Below are positions 27,712-36,782 of a DNA stretch of 64,000 nucleotides, piece after piece. The DNA comes from Pseudomonadota bacterium. Lineage in GTDB: Archaea; Thermoplasmatota; SW-10-69-26; JACQPN01; JAJPHT01. Both the position numbers and the translations under genes were made by a program. Below the pieces are notes generated by a model. That model saw only the letters and a program-made list of their open reading frames with translations. It was not told the DNA's origin and searched no databases. Location of the stretch: positions 99,721 to 163,720 of the forward strand of contig JAJPHT010000020.1 of assembly GCA_021325135.1 (NCBI GenBank), written 5' to 3'. Each line of letters begins with the position of its first letter. Position 1 is the first letter of the stretch.

Positions 27712-28476
27712 ATGCCCCCGCTGCTCGTCGTGCTGGCCCTCTTCCTGGTCGCCGTGATCGGGGGCGCGCAGAACGCCGTGGCGGGCGGAGGGAGCTTCTT
27801 CACGTTTCCCACGCTCCTCTTCGCGGGCGTCGGCTCCATCTCCGCCAACGCCACCAGCACCGTGGCGCTCTGGCCCGGCAGCGTCGCCAGCGCGGTGGCC
27901 TTCCGCGGCGAGCTGCGCCACGAGCGGCGCCTCTTCCTTGTCCTGGGCGCGGCCAGCCTCGCGGGCGGCCTCGCGGGCGCCCTGCTCCTGCTCCACACGC
28001 CGCAGCGCGCCTTCGACGCCCTGATCCCGTGGCTGCTCCTGGCGGCGACGCTCGTCTTCGCCTTCGGGCCCCTGGTCACGCGGCGCCTCCGCGGCCACGC
28101 GCGCCCCTCGAGGTCCCTGTGGCCCTTCGCCCTCGTGCAGCTCGTCGTCGCGGTGTACGGCGGCTACTTCGGCGGCGGCATCGGGATCATGATGCTCGCG
28201 GCGTTCAGCGCCATGGGCATGGAGGACCTCCACGCCATGAACGGCCTCAAGGCCGTGCTGGGCGCGCTGATCAACGGCGTCGCGGTGGTGACGTTCCTCG
28301 CCCACCGCATCGTGGACTTGCCCCTGGCGCTCCTCATGGTCGCGGGCTCCATCCTGGGCGGGTACGGAGGGGCGCGGCTCTCCAAGCGCGTCGACGCGAA
28401 GGTGCTCCGCGGGGTGGTCATCTGCGTGGGGGCGGGGCTCACCGCGTACTTCTTCTGGAAGACCTACGCGCCGTGA
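27712..28476 (+). CDS. TauE/SafE-family sulfite exporter
   Basis: NAVAGGGSFFTFP, ANATS, YGGYFGGGIG, NGLK. Confidence 0.9.
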   Translation: MPPLLVVLALFLVAVIGGAQNAVAGGGSFFTFPTLLFAGVGSISANATSTVALWPGSVASAVAFRGELRHERRLFLVLGAASLAGGLAGALLLLHTPQRAFDALIPWLLLAATLVFAFGPLVTRRLRGHARPSRSLWPFALVQLVVAVYGGYFGGGIGIMMLAAFSAMGMEDLHAMNGLKAVLGALINGVAVVTFLAHRIVDLPLALLMVAGSILGGYGGARLSKRVDAKVLRGVVICVGAGLTAYFFWKTYAP

Positions 28477-28538
28477 TCGGCCGCGCCGCCGGTGGCCGTC
28501 TCCCAAAGGTTATTGTCGCCGCCTGCGGATGGAGCCGG

Positions 28539-29195
28539 GTGCGAGGCCGGCTCGTCGTTTTCGCAATTTGCCTGATCAGCGCGACCCTTTCTCTCGGAGC
28601 GCCCGGGAGCGCCCAGACCCAATCCGGGAGCGACCCGGCGGGCGACCTGCGCGTCGGAAGCCCTTCCCTGTCGTCCTACGTCTGCCCGGCCACCCTCGTC
28701 TGCCCCGGCACCGTGCCTCCCCCCTTGCCGCTGAGCTGCCAGGACCCGCGCATGGACGTCACGTCCTACTCCCTGGACACCCACGATGGCCACCTGCACG
28801 GGGGAATGGGCGTCGTCGATTGGGCGGGGGTCGCCCGCTGCGACGGGATCGAGCATGACGGCTCCGCCATCCTCTCCATCGACCTGTTCGAGACGGGGGC
28901 GACCCGATACCGGGTCTCCATGTCGTTCGCGAGCTACAACCCCGATTTCCCCTGCACGACGATCTTCGACTCCGTGACCGAAATCCACTCGCAGTGCTTC
29001 GGAGCCGGCGGGCGCGACGGGTCCACCTTCGCGTGGGACATCCCGCTCGTGGGCACCGCCCCGCTGGGAGGCGGCGGCTCCATGGCCTACAACCTCACCG
29101 GCGGCGCGTGGGAGCCGCGCGTCCAAGGCTTCCACCCCAGCGAGTACGCGCCCCTGTATGACGACGTCGCGACGAGCGCGTTCCAGGAAGGGTGA
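28539..29195 (+). CDS. Hypothetical secreted protein
   Basis: GTG start about 25 nt after GGTTATT; signal peptide; SDPAGD motif; Cys pairs. Confidence 0.6.
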   Translation: MRGRLVVFAICLISATLSLGAPGSAQTQSGSDPAGDLRVGSPSLSSYVCPATLVCPGTVPPPLPLSCQDPRMDVTSYSLDTHDGHLHGGMGVVDWAGVARCDGIEHDGSAILSIDLFETGATRYRVSMSFASYNPDFPCTTIFDSVTEIHSQCFGAGGRDGSTFAWDIPLVGTAPLGGGGSMAYNLTGGAWEPRVQGFHPSEYAPLYDDVATSAFQEG

Positions 29196-29216
29196 GGGCG
29201 CGCGGGGGCTCGGCGC

Positions 29217-30086
29217 TCAGACGCCGATCTTCCCTTCGCCGTAGGAGTAGAAGCCCTGCCCGCTCTTGCGGCCGAAGTGCCCCGCCTGCACCTTCTTCAC
29301 GAGGAGGGGGCAGGGGCGGTACTTCGGGTCCTTGAACCCCTCGTAGAGCACGTCCATGATGGCGAGGCACGTGTCGAGCCCGATGAAGTCGGCCAGCTCC
29401 AGCGGCCCCATGGGGTGGTTCATGCCCAGCTTCATGACCTCGTCCACCGCCTGCGGCGTCGCGACGCCCTCGTAGACGCAGAAGATGGCCTCGTTGATCA
29501 TGGGCATGAGCACGCGGTTGGAGACGAAGCCCGGGTAGTCGTTGACCTCCACCACGGTCTTCCCCAGCTTCTCGCCGGTGGCCTTCACCAGCGCGACCGT
29601 CTCGGGGGAGGTCTCGACGCCGCGGATCAGCTCGACGAGCTTCATCACCGGCACCGGGTTGAAGAAGTGCATGCCGATGAACTGCTTCGCGCGCTTCGTC
29701 TGCGCCGCGAGGAGCGTGATGGGGATGCTGCTGGTGTTGCTGGCGAACACCGCGGAGGGCTTCACGATGGCGTCAAGCTCGGTCCAGACCTTCTTCTTCA
29801 CGTCCAGGCTCTCGACGATGGCCTCCACCACGAGGTCGCACTCCGCCAGCGCCTTGAGGTCGGTGGTGCCGTGCACGCGCGCGAGGGCCGCGTCGCGGTC
29901 GGTCGCCGAGAGCTTGCCCTTCTCCACCTGCCGCGCGAGGTTCTTCTGGATGCCCTGGAGGCCCTTGTCGACGAAGCGGCTCTCCACGTCGCGCAGGACC
30001 ACCTCGTGGCCCGCCTGGGCCGCGACCTGCGCGATGCCGTGCCCCATCTGCCCCGCGCCGAGAACGCCGATCTTCCGGACCTGCAT
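29217..30086 (-). CDS. hbd: 3-hydroxybutyryl-CoA dehydrogenase
   Basis: [52 protein letters not shown]. Confidence 0.93.
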   Translation of the reverse strand: MQVRKIGVLGAGQMGHGIAQVAAQAGHEVVLRDVESRFVDKGLQGIQKNLARQVEKGKLSATDRDAALARVHGTTDLKALAECDLVVEAIVESLDVKKKVWTELDAIVKPSAVFASNTSSIPITLLAAQTKRAKQFIGMHFFNPVPVMKLVELIRGVETSPETVALVKATGEKLGKTVVEVNDYPGFVSNRVLMPMINEAIFCVYEGVATPQAVDEVMKLGMNHPMGPLELADFIGLDTCLAIMDVLYEGFKDPKYRPCPLLVKKVQAGHFGRKSGQGFYSYGEGKIGV

Positions 30087-30186
30087 GGGGCGCCGATTTG
30101 CTCGGGGTCCTTAATGGTTTGGCCCCCGCGATCCGGGCGCGCCAGGTGCGAACGCTTATCCGCCCGACGCATCGTGGGCGCTCCCG

Positions 30187-30804
30187 ATGGGCTACAAGCT
30201 CGCGAGGGGCACGTCGACGTGGTTCTTCGTCGCGTGGGCGCTCGCCCTGGCCCTCGCCGCGCTGACCGCGTGGGCGTCGGGCTGGTTCCTCCTCCCGTTC
30301 GTCCCCGTCTTCATCCTCGCCGTGCTCATGCTGAACTTCTTCCGCGACCCTGAGCGCACGCCCGGCGCGGGGCTCGTGGCGCCCGCCGACGGCGTCGTGC
30401 AGAGCATCGACGCGTGGCCCGACGGGCGCACTCGCGTGGCGACGTTCATGAACCCGTTCAACGTGCACGTGAACCGCGCGCCGCTCGACGCGCGCGTCGC
30501 GTCGGTGGAGCACAAGCCGGGCGGCTTCGTCCCCGCGTTCGACAAGGAGAGCGACCGCAACGAGCGCGTCGTGTGGCGCTTCGAGACGGAGGTGGGCGAC
30601 CTGGAGGTCGTGCAGATCGCGGGCGCCGTCGCGCGCCGCATCGTGCCCTACCTGGCGGCCGGCTCCAAGGTGCGCAAGGGGGAGCGGTTCGGCATGATCC
30701 GCCTGGGATCGAGGGTCGACGTTTATCTGCCTCCTGGGATTTCGCCGGCGGTGGCCGTCGGCGATATCGTCGTGGCCGGAGAGACCACCCTTGCCCGGAC
30801 CTGA
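30187..30804 (+). CDS. psd: Archaetidylserine/phosphatidylserine decarboxylase proenzyme
   Basis: FFRDPER, APADG, FMNPFNVHVNRAP, RNER, LGSRVD autocleavage site. Confidence 0.92.
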   Translation: MGYKLARGTSTWFFVAWALALALAALTAWASGWFLLPFVPVFILAVLMLNFFRDPERTPGAGLVAPADGVVQSIDAWPDGRTRVATFMNPFNVHVNRAPLDARVASVEHKPGGFVPAFDKESDRNERVVWRFETEVGDLEVVQIAGAVARRIVPYLAAGSKVRKGERFGMIRLGSRVDVYLPPGISPAVAVGDIVVAGETTLART

Positions 30805-31723
30805 GCCCCCGCGCAAGCGCGCACGCGACGGCAGCCTTCGCCTCACGCGTGGCGTGCGCCTCACGCGCATGAACCTGCCGCGGCTGCCCGCCTTCCGCGT
30901 GCCGGTGCACCCGCGCGTGCGCCGCTTCGGGCACGCCATCCGCGGCCGCATCCCGAAGCTGCCCCGCATCCGCAGCGTCATCAGCCCCGCGGACGTGCTC
31001 ACGCTGGCCAACGGCATGGCGGGCCTGCTCGCCATCGCGGTGGTCACGCAGACGGTGAACCTCTACGAGAAGCCGTTCTTCCCGCGCCTCGCGGACACCT
31101 TCCGCGGCCTCCAGGACGACCGCTTCCTCCTGGCGGCCATCCTCATCGCGCTGGGCCTCGTCTTCGACGCGCTGGACGGCATCGTCGCGCGCCGCTTCGG
31201 CGGCAGCCGCCTGGGCGCGGACCTGGACACGCTGAGCGACACCGTGACCTTCGTCGTGACGCCCGCGTTCATGGTGCTCACCAAGTACGGCGAGGCCCAC
31301 CCCTACCAGGCGCTCCTCGCCGCGGGCCTCGTCTTCATCATGGGCGTGCTGCGCCTGGCGCGCTTCAACAGCAACCCCGCCGAGAGCAGCACGACCACGT
31401 TCCAGGGGCTCCCCACGCCCTGGTGCGCCATCACCATCGCGCTCCTCATCATGGCCGGCGTGAGCTACCTCTACGCGCTGCCCATCGTCGTCGTGCTCGC
31501 CTTCCTCATGATGAGCAACGTCGCGTACCCCAAGAGCCGCGGCCGCGCCACCGCCCTCGCCCTCGTCATGGTGCTCGTCGCGCTGGTCACCATCGGCGTC
31601 ATCCTCTTCTTCCCCGAGGGGCAGCCCGGCGTCCTGCGCGGCGCCTTCACGCTGGTCATGCTCGCGGTCGCCACGCTGCCGTTCTTCCTGGCGCGGGCGC
31701 GGCGGTTGAGAAGGGCCCCTTAG
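30791..31723 (+). CDS. pssA: CDP-alcohol phosphatidyltransferase (archaetidylserine synthase); start uncertain (TTG 30791 or ATG 30869)
   Basis: DALDGIVARR...GADLDTLSD, LRLARFN, FQGLPTP; adjacent to psd. Confidence 0.88.
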   Translation: MPGPEPPRKRARDGSLRLTRGVRLTRMNLPRLPAFRVPVHPRVRRFGHAIRGRIPKLPRIRSVISPADVLTLANGMAGLLAIAVVTQTVNLYEKPFFPRLADTFRGLQDDRFLLAAILIALGLVFDALDGIVARRFGGSRLGADLDTLSDTVTFVVTPAFMVLTKYGEAHPYQALLAAGLVFIMGVLRLARFNSNPAESSTTTFQGLPTPWCAITIALLIMAGVSYLYALPIVVVLAFLMMSNVAYPKSRGRATALALVMVLVALVTIGVILFFPEGQPGVLRGAFTLVMLAVATLPFFLARARRLRRAP

Positions 31724-31808
31724 CTGCCGCCGAAGCCGTCCACCTAAGCCGAAGTAACATTGATAGGATCCGTTCTGTTACTTTGCCATTGTGCGACTCG
31801 AAAGGGGA

Positions 31809-32060
31809 ATGAAAAGGGCCGCTGTCTTCCCGGTCGTTGCGGCGGGCCTCGCCGCGTTGGCCACCCTCTCCGCCGCGGCCGTGACGTCGGCGCCCTCGAC
31901 GCTGGGTCGCGGAGATGCATCGTTCACGGACGGAAACGGAGAGTCTAAGGTCACCACGGCTTCCATCACGCGCTACACCAACGCGGACGGCTCCCACTCG
32001 CTGCGCTGCGATTGCAGCCCGGGAGTGCCCGACACGTCCGTGGTGAGCTGCAAGGGGTAG
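31809..32060 (+). CDS. Small secreted protein
   Basis: Signal peptide; C-terminal CDC...C. Confidence 0.55.
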   Translation: MKRAAVFPVVAAGLAALATLSAAAVTSAPSTLGRGDASFTDGNGESKVTTASITRYTNADGSHSLRCDCSPGVPDTSVVSCKG

Positions 32061-32073
32061 GGAGGAATTCGGC

Positions 32074-32457
32074 ATGCGCGCTGGGCTCGTCGTCGTGCTG
32101 GTGGCCGTGCTCGCGGCGAGCCTGCCCACCGTCCTCTCCACCGCCCCGCCCAAGAGCAGGGAGACGACCTTCGCGGCGTGGGTCGGCTCCGCCCACGTGG
32201 ACGGCTCCGTGGGCAAGACCGCCCAGCGGTGCTCGGGAGGGCTCCACTCGGTGTCCCTCTCGCCGGGCCCGCGCGACCCGCAACGGGCCGTGATCGCCAG
32301 CCAAGGGGCGGACTGCAGGGTGACCGTCACGGTCTACGAGCCCCGGCCCGACCGGTGGACCCGCTGCGGCTATGCGGTCTGCGGCGTCGGCGACCCGTCC
32401 ACCGCGGAGATCCAGGCCTCGTGGATCATCGTCGCGGGCCCTGCGACGTTTGGCTGA
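32074..32457 (+). CDS. Small secreted protein
   Basis: GGAGG SD, signal peptide, 4 Cys. Confidence 0.55.
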   Translation: MRAGLVVVLVAVLAASLPTVLSTAPPKSRETTFAAWVGSAHVDGSVGKTAQRCSGGLHSVSLSPGPRDPQRAVIASQGADCRVTVTVYEPRPDRWTRCGYAVCGVGDPSTAEIQASWIIVAGPATFG

Positions 32458-32501
32458 TCGCCGCCGGACGACGATCACGACGACATGGCGACAACGCCTC
32501 C

Positions 32502-32529
32502 TTCGGGGGCTACGCCCCCCGAACCCCCC
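32502..32529. repeat. REP-like hairpin repeat (family A, single unit)
   Basis: TTCGGGGGCTACGCCCCCCGAACCCCCC, matching the units at 58.4 and 62.0 kb. Confidence 0.75.
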
Positions 32530-32595
32530 GCTTCTTGCGCACAAAAGCAATCCTTAAGCCGGCGGGCAGGGTCGGAAGAAGCGAGAGGCCGCGCT

Positions 32596-32988
32596 GTGTC
32601 CCCCGAGGACGCCAAGGGCATCCGCATCCTTCTCGTGGACGACAACCTGGACCACGCCCAGATTGCCCTCCGCGCGTTGCGCGGCGACGCGCGCGTCGAC
32701 GCCGCGCGGCTGGGCGGCGAGGCCCTGGAGCGGGCCGGCGAGGAGCGCTACGACCTCGTCCTTCTCGATTACCGCCTCCCCGACATGAGCGGGCTCGACG
32801 TGCTGGCGCAGCTGAAGGCGCGCAAGGACGCGCCCGCGGTCATCCTCATGAGCGCGCAGGGCTCCGAGGAGGTCGCCATGCAGGCGCTCAAGGCCGGCGC
32901 CGCGGGGTACGTCGTCAAGAACGCGGACTTCGGCAAGCGCCTCGCCTACGAGGTCCGCGAGTGGATCGCGACGCGCGGGAAGGAGTGA
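32596..32988 (+). CDS. Stand-alone response regulator receiver
   Basis: ILLVDD, LVLLDYRLPDMSG, GAAGYVVK. Confidence 0.92.
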   Translation: MSPEDAKGIRILLVDDNLDHAQIALRALRGDARVDAARLGGEALERAGEERYDLVLLDYRLPDMSGLDVLAQLKARKDAPAVILMSAQGSEEVAMQALKAGAAGYVVKNADFGKRLAYEVREWIATRGKE

Positions 32989-32994
32989 TCCCCT

Positions 32995-34230
32995 CTGAAG
33001 GTCGATGACGTCGTGCTGCGGCTGACCTCCATCGGCCTCGCCGAGAAGGAGGCCCGCGCGCTGGCGCACCTCACGCGCCTGGGCACCTCCAAGGTCACGG
33101 ACCTCGCCAAGGCCTCGGGGCTGAAGCGCGCGGAGACCTACCAGGTGCTGGAGCGCCTCCAGGGGCGCGGCCTCGTGGAGGGCACGCTCTCCCGGCCCCG
33201 CAACTTCACCGCCGTCGCCCCCGAGCGCGCGGTCGCCATCCTCGTCGAGGAGCGCGCGACGCAGCTGAAGGCCATCGAGGGGATGAAGGACGACCTCCAG
33301 GAGCGCCTCGCGCGCCTCTCGGGCACGCCCGCCACCGAGCGGCCCGGCGAGAGCTTCCGCATCCTCCACGACCGCAACCAAATCACGGGGCAGTTGGGCC
33401 GCACCGTGCGCGGCGCGCAGAAGGAGCTGTGCGTCGTCGCCAGCAGCCGCAGCCTCTTCCGCCTTCTGCTCGACGAAGGTCTGGAGGCCGAGTTCCTCGC
33501 CGCCAAGAAGCGCGGCGTGGAGATCCGCATCCTCACCGAGATCCTGCCCGGCTCCGAGGAGATCGTGGGCCGCATGGCGGGCTTCGCCTCGGTGCGCCAC
33601 ATGATGGTGCCCCGCCCGCTGCGCTTCGTCATCGCGGACGAGCGGGAGATCGTGCAGTACGTCACGGCGGACCCCCTGGTCACCGGCTCCAAGGAGACGG
33701 CGCTCTGGATCGGGGCCCGCGACCACGTGCAGGCGCAGCGCGCCTTCTTCGACGACCTCTGGGCGCCGGCCATGAGCGCCGACGCGCGCCGCGAGGAGCT
33801 GGAGAGCGGGCGCGCCAGCGAGCAGGTGCAGGTGGTGAAGGGGCGCCTCACGCGCTACGAGAAGGAGAAGGAGATGATCCTGCGCGCCGCGCGGGAGATC
33901 TGCATCGTCCTCTCCGCCTCGGAGGCCTCGCGCCTCGCCACCAGCGGCGTGGGCCGGGCGCTGGCGTCCCGCATGCGCGACGGCGTGCGCGTGCGCGCCC
34001 TGGTGGGCCCGGGTGTGAAGCTCGACCTGCCGGGGGCCGAGGTGAAGACGACGCCCCTGCCCCAGCCGCGCATCCTGGTGGACGCCTCGGAGGTGCTTCT
34101 CATCTTCACGGGCAAGGGGGCGACGGAAGAGGTGACGGACCCCGCAGAATACGGCGTCTGGGTCAGCCTGGCCCCGTCGCTCGAGCTGGTGCAGAAGGTG
34201 TTCGAGCAGGCGTGGGCCGAAGGCCGCTGA
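32995..34230 (+). CDS. TrmB-family regulator with tandem effector domains; probable CTG start
   Basis: GLAEKEARAL...RAETYQVLERLQGRGLV HTH; two A(Q/A)(K/R)E(L/I)C...G(V)xIR/VR modules; GGAGTGAT upstream of CTG. Confidence 0.85.
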   Translation: MKVDDVVLRLTSIGLAEKEARALAHLTRLGTSKVTDLAKASGLKRAETYQVLERLQGRGLVEGTLSRPRNFTAVAPERAVAILVEERATQLKAIEGMKDDLQERLARLSGTPATERPGESFRILHDRNQITGQLGRTVRGAQKELCVVASSRSLFRLLLDEGLEAEFLAAKKRGVEIRILTEILPGSEEIVGRMAGFASVRHMMVPRPLRFVIADEREIVQYVTADPLVTGSKETALWIGARDHVQAQRAFFDDLWAPAMSADARREELESGRASEQVQVVKGRLTRYEKEKEMILRAAREICIVLSASEASRLATSGVGRALASRMRDGVRVRALVGPGVKLDLPGAEVKTTPLPQPRILVDASEVLLIFTGKGATEEVTDPAEYGVWVSLAPSLELVQKVFEQAWAEGR

Positions 34231-34419
34231 TCAGTCGCCCTTGAGGGTCCCGTTGGCCTTGAGGGTCGCGAAGTACTGGTCCAGGGCTTCCTGGACGACG
34301 CCGTGGATCTGGCGCCCTTCCATGACCTTCAGGCTGTGGAGCTGCAGGTGGTACTTCACCGGGATGTTGACCTTGAGCTCCTTCATGCCGGGCTTCTTCG
34401 GGCGTTCGCGGATCATCAT
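34231..34419 (-). CDS. Ribbon-helix-helix protein, paralogue 2
   Basis: MKELKVNIP beta strand, YHLQLHSLKVMEG helix, IHGVVQEALDQYF helix. Confidence 0.75.
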   Translation of the reverse strand: MMIRERPKKPGMKELKVNIPVKYHLQLHSLKVMEGRQIHGVVQEALDQYFATLKANGTLKGD

Positions 34420-34499
34420 GCGCTGGTACCCGGCAAAGACCCGCAGGCAGGCGGGAAAGCACGTTGTTTGCCAAGGCTGGACAACCAAGGGCCTCCGGC

Positions 34500-34685
34500 C
34501 TACTCGTCGTGGCGCCCCTCGGGCTTGAGGGTCGCGAAGTACTGGTCGAGGGCTTCCTGGACCATGGAGTGGATCTGGCGGCCCTCCAGGACCTTCAGGC
34601 TGTGCAGCTGGAGGTGGTACTTCACCGGGACGTGGACCTTGAGCTCCTTCATGCGGTCCTGCTTGGGGGGGTCGCGGATCATCAT
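34500..34685 (-). CDS. Ribbon-helix-helix protein, paralogue 1
   Basis: 44/54 aa identical to paralogue 2; MKELKVHVP strand. Confidence 0.75.
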   Translation of the reverse strand: MMIRDPPKQDRMKELKVHVPVKYHLQLHSLKVLEGRQIHSMVQEALDQYFATLKPEGRHDE

Positions 34686-34869
34686 GGCAATGCTTCCAGC
34701 GCTGTCGGTGGACAGTGGGGAGATCATGCCTTGTTCGATCCGGGCGGACAACCAACGGAGCGTCGGGCTGGCCGCTGGGGGCAGGGCCGCCGGGGGCCCG
34801 GCGGCGCACGCTTGAGCGGCCCCGCCTCTGCACACCCCCTATACAACGCTGACGGGGCGTCGGTTTTTC

Positions 34870-34947
34870 ACGCCCGTGCCCGCCTGGGCGTACCCGTGCA
34901 CGCCCGTGCACGGGCGTGCACGGGTACGCCCAGGCGGGCACGGGCGT
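34870..34947. repeat. Perfect 78-bp palindrome with 10-bp phased subrepeats
   Basis: 39-bp arms are exact reverse complements with no spacer; GTGCAC at 34896, 34906 and 34916. Confidence 0.95.
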
Positions 34948-35072
34948 CCGGCGCCGGCCCCGCCCTGGAACCCCCGCCCAAGCCCGGTAACACTTTTGCG
35001 CGCCGCTCCGCTCCCCGCGCGTTGCGCCCCCCTCGAAAAAGCCCTCGACGACGTCGCGCCCCCGCTCCGTCC

Positions 35073-35936
35073 GTGGATCGTCTCACCCGGAGGGAGGTCA
35101 AGGTCGCGCTGCTGAGCGCGTTCCTCGGGGCCGTCCTGGGGGCCGCCGCAAGCCCCCTCGGGACGGCGGCCTACGCCCGCCTGACCGCGCCCGCGGTGGG
35201 CGACCTGGTCGTCACCCTTCAGACGCAGGGCCACGTCCAGCCAAGCCAAGGGTCCTGTCTCCTGGAGAAGGCCTCGGTCTGGCAGGCGGGCGCGCCCCTG
35301 GAGGCGTTCCGCGACTCCCGGGAGGTCGATCCGACCCACGAGTGCGCATGGAACGGCGTCCCCGTGGGGCCGTATCGCGTGGCGCTGTTCGGGCCGGCCA
35401 ATCTGACCCTCTTCACGGGGAGCACCACGAGGACGTTCTGGGGCGAGGTGGACGTCGTCATCCCCGGCCACGTGGACGTCGTCCGCTCGACGCCGTTCCT
35501 GGCGGAGACGCCTGAGGTCATCGGGGTCAGGCACAACCTCAGCTTCACGGTCCTGAACCCGGGCCCCAGCGTGGTCATGCAGTTCGTCTGCCTCTGGGGG
35601 GCCGAGGTCCAGAACGAGACGGTGGACCCCGTCACGGGGACCATCTCCTCCTCCGCCGTGATCCACCAGAGCCGCCCCGCGCCGGGCGAAATCCGGGCGG
35701 GCGAGTCGAGGCGGGAGTCCTGCAACCTGGGTCCCAACGGCACGCGGGAGCCCCTGGTCGCGGCCATGGTGAGGGTCCGGTCGCCCTTCTCCTCTGACGA
35801 CGGGGGCATCCACGCGGGCCGCGACGAGCTGCCCACCACCGTCCCCGGCGTCTCCGACTGGCTGGTGACCGACACCTGGCGCCTCCCCTGCGCGCCGACC
35901 GGAGGTCCAAGCAGCATCTTCCAATGCTCATCCTGA
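35073..35936 (+). CDS. Hypothetical membrane-anchored/secreted beta-rich protein
   Basis: GTG start, RR then a hydrophobic helix, Cys pairs. Confidence 0.55.
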   Translation: MDRLTRREVKVALLSAFLGAVLGAAASPLGTAAYARLTAPAVGDLVVTLQTQGHVQPSQGSCLLEKASVWQAGAPLEAFRDSREVDPTHECAWNGVPVGPYRVALFGPANLTLFTGSTTRTFWGEVDVVIPGHVDVVRSTPFLAETPEVIGVRHNLSFTVLNPGPSVVMQFVCLWGAEVQNETVDPVTGTISSSAVIHQSRPAPGEIRAGESRRESCNLGPNGTREPLVAAMVRVRSPFSSDDGGIHAGRDELPTTVPGVSDWLVTDTWRLPCAPTGGPSSIFQCSS

Positions 35937-35955
35937 AACCCGTCGCGACGGACGC

Positions 35956-36117
35956 TGATGATCGCGCTCAAGCCGCCCGATCATCAAGGCAGGGGGATCC
36001 CCGCCGAAGGCGGGGCGTCGCCCGACGCGCGAGCGAAGCGAGCGCGTCGTTGGGGGCCGAAGGCCCCCAGCTTCACCGCACGGCAAACCGAGGCGCGAAG
36101 CGCCGAAGGTTTGCCGT
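35956..36117. repeat. Array of five hairpins, four with C-GAA-G loops, between convergent genes
   Basis: CCCCGCC-GAA-GGCGGGG; CGACGCGC..GCGAAGC..GCGCGTCG; TGGGGGCC-GAA-GGCCCCCA; ACGGCAAACC..GGTTTGCCGT. Confidence 0.75.
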
Positions 36118-36665
36118 TAGATGTTCTCCCCTTCCAGCAGCTTCTCGATCTTGTACGGAAGCAGGTTCCGGTTGATCTTGGTGACCTCCAGGATGCGGAT
36201 GTCGTCGCGGCGCCGGATGTCCTGGAGGAGGGGGTTGCGCGACTTCTTGTGGAGGGTCATGATCATGGGCTTGGAGGAGTCCAGGGCCTTCTTGACGGCG
36301 TTGCAGAAGGCGGGGCTCTCCATCTCCATCTTGCCCACCTCGTCGATGACGATGACCTCGGCCTCGCGGATGGCCTGCTCGATGGCGGTGACGCCGAGGC
36401 CGTCCAGGACGTTCATGTCGACGCCGAAGCCGGCGACCTTGACCTTGGCGTCGGTGAAGTCGACGTGGGCGAGGATGCCGTCCTCCTTGGTGAGCCAGTT
36501 CACGATGCGGAAGCCGAGGCGGTTGGTCCCCTCGTCGATGGACTCGGTGACCATGCCGCCGACGATGACCTCCTTCTCCTCGAGCTTCTCGACGATCTTG
36601 AGAAGGGTCCTCGTCTTGCCGACGCTGGGCAGACCGGTGATGCCGATCTTCAGCTCCTTGACCAT
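36117..36665 (-). CDS. Archaeal NTPase (THEP1/NTPase_1 family)
   Basis: GLPSVGKT Walker A, GGMVT, IVIDEVGKME, NRNLLP; TATATA about 30 nt upstream. Confidence 0.92.
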   Translation of the reverse strand: MVKELKIGITGLPSVGKTRTLLKIVEKLEEKEVIVGGMVTESIDEGTNRLGFRIVNWLTKEDGILAHVDFTDAKVKVAGFGVDMNVLDGLGVTAIEQAIREAEVIVIDEVGKMEMESPAFCNAVKKALDSSKPMIMTLHKKSRNPLLQDIRRRDDIRILEVTKINRNLLPYKIEKLLEGENI

Positions 36666-36782
36666 ATATCAGGGGCGGAAACGGTTGGCTCACGCTATAT
36701 AGTCGCCGAAACGGGGTGCGCGCCCCGGAGGCGCGCTTCGGGTGGCCGCAATCCTTTATCCAAGGAGCCCAGATGGGCGAAC

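Noticed and set aside
17476-29195. Genomic island integrated at tRNA-Gln
   Set aside because: Accessory-looking genes follow the tRNA, but no integrase and no duplicated tRNA 3' end were found in the window
34231-34685. RHH genes as antitoxins of a type II TA module
   Set aside because: No adjacent toxin ORF; both neighbours are unrelated
36080-36122. Integron attC site (ATCTAAC overlapping the NTPase stop, plus a hairpin)
   Set aside because: No matching GTTRRRY at the other end of the stem, no integrase, and the gene is a core archaeal NTPase
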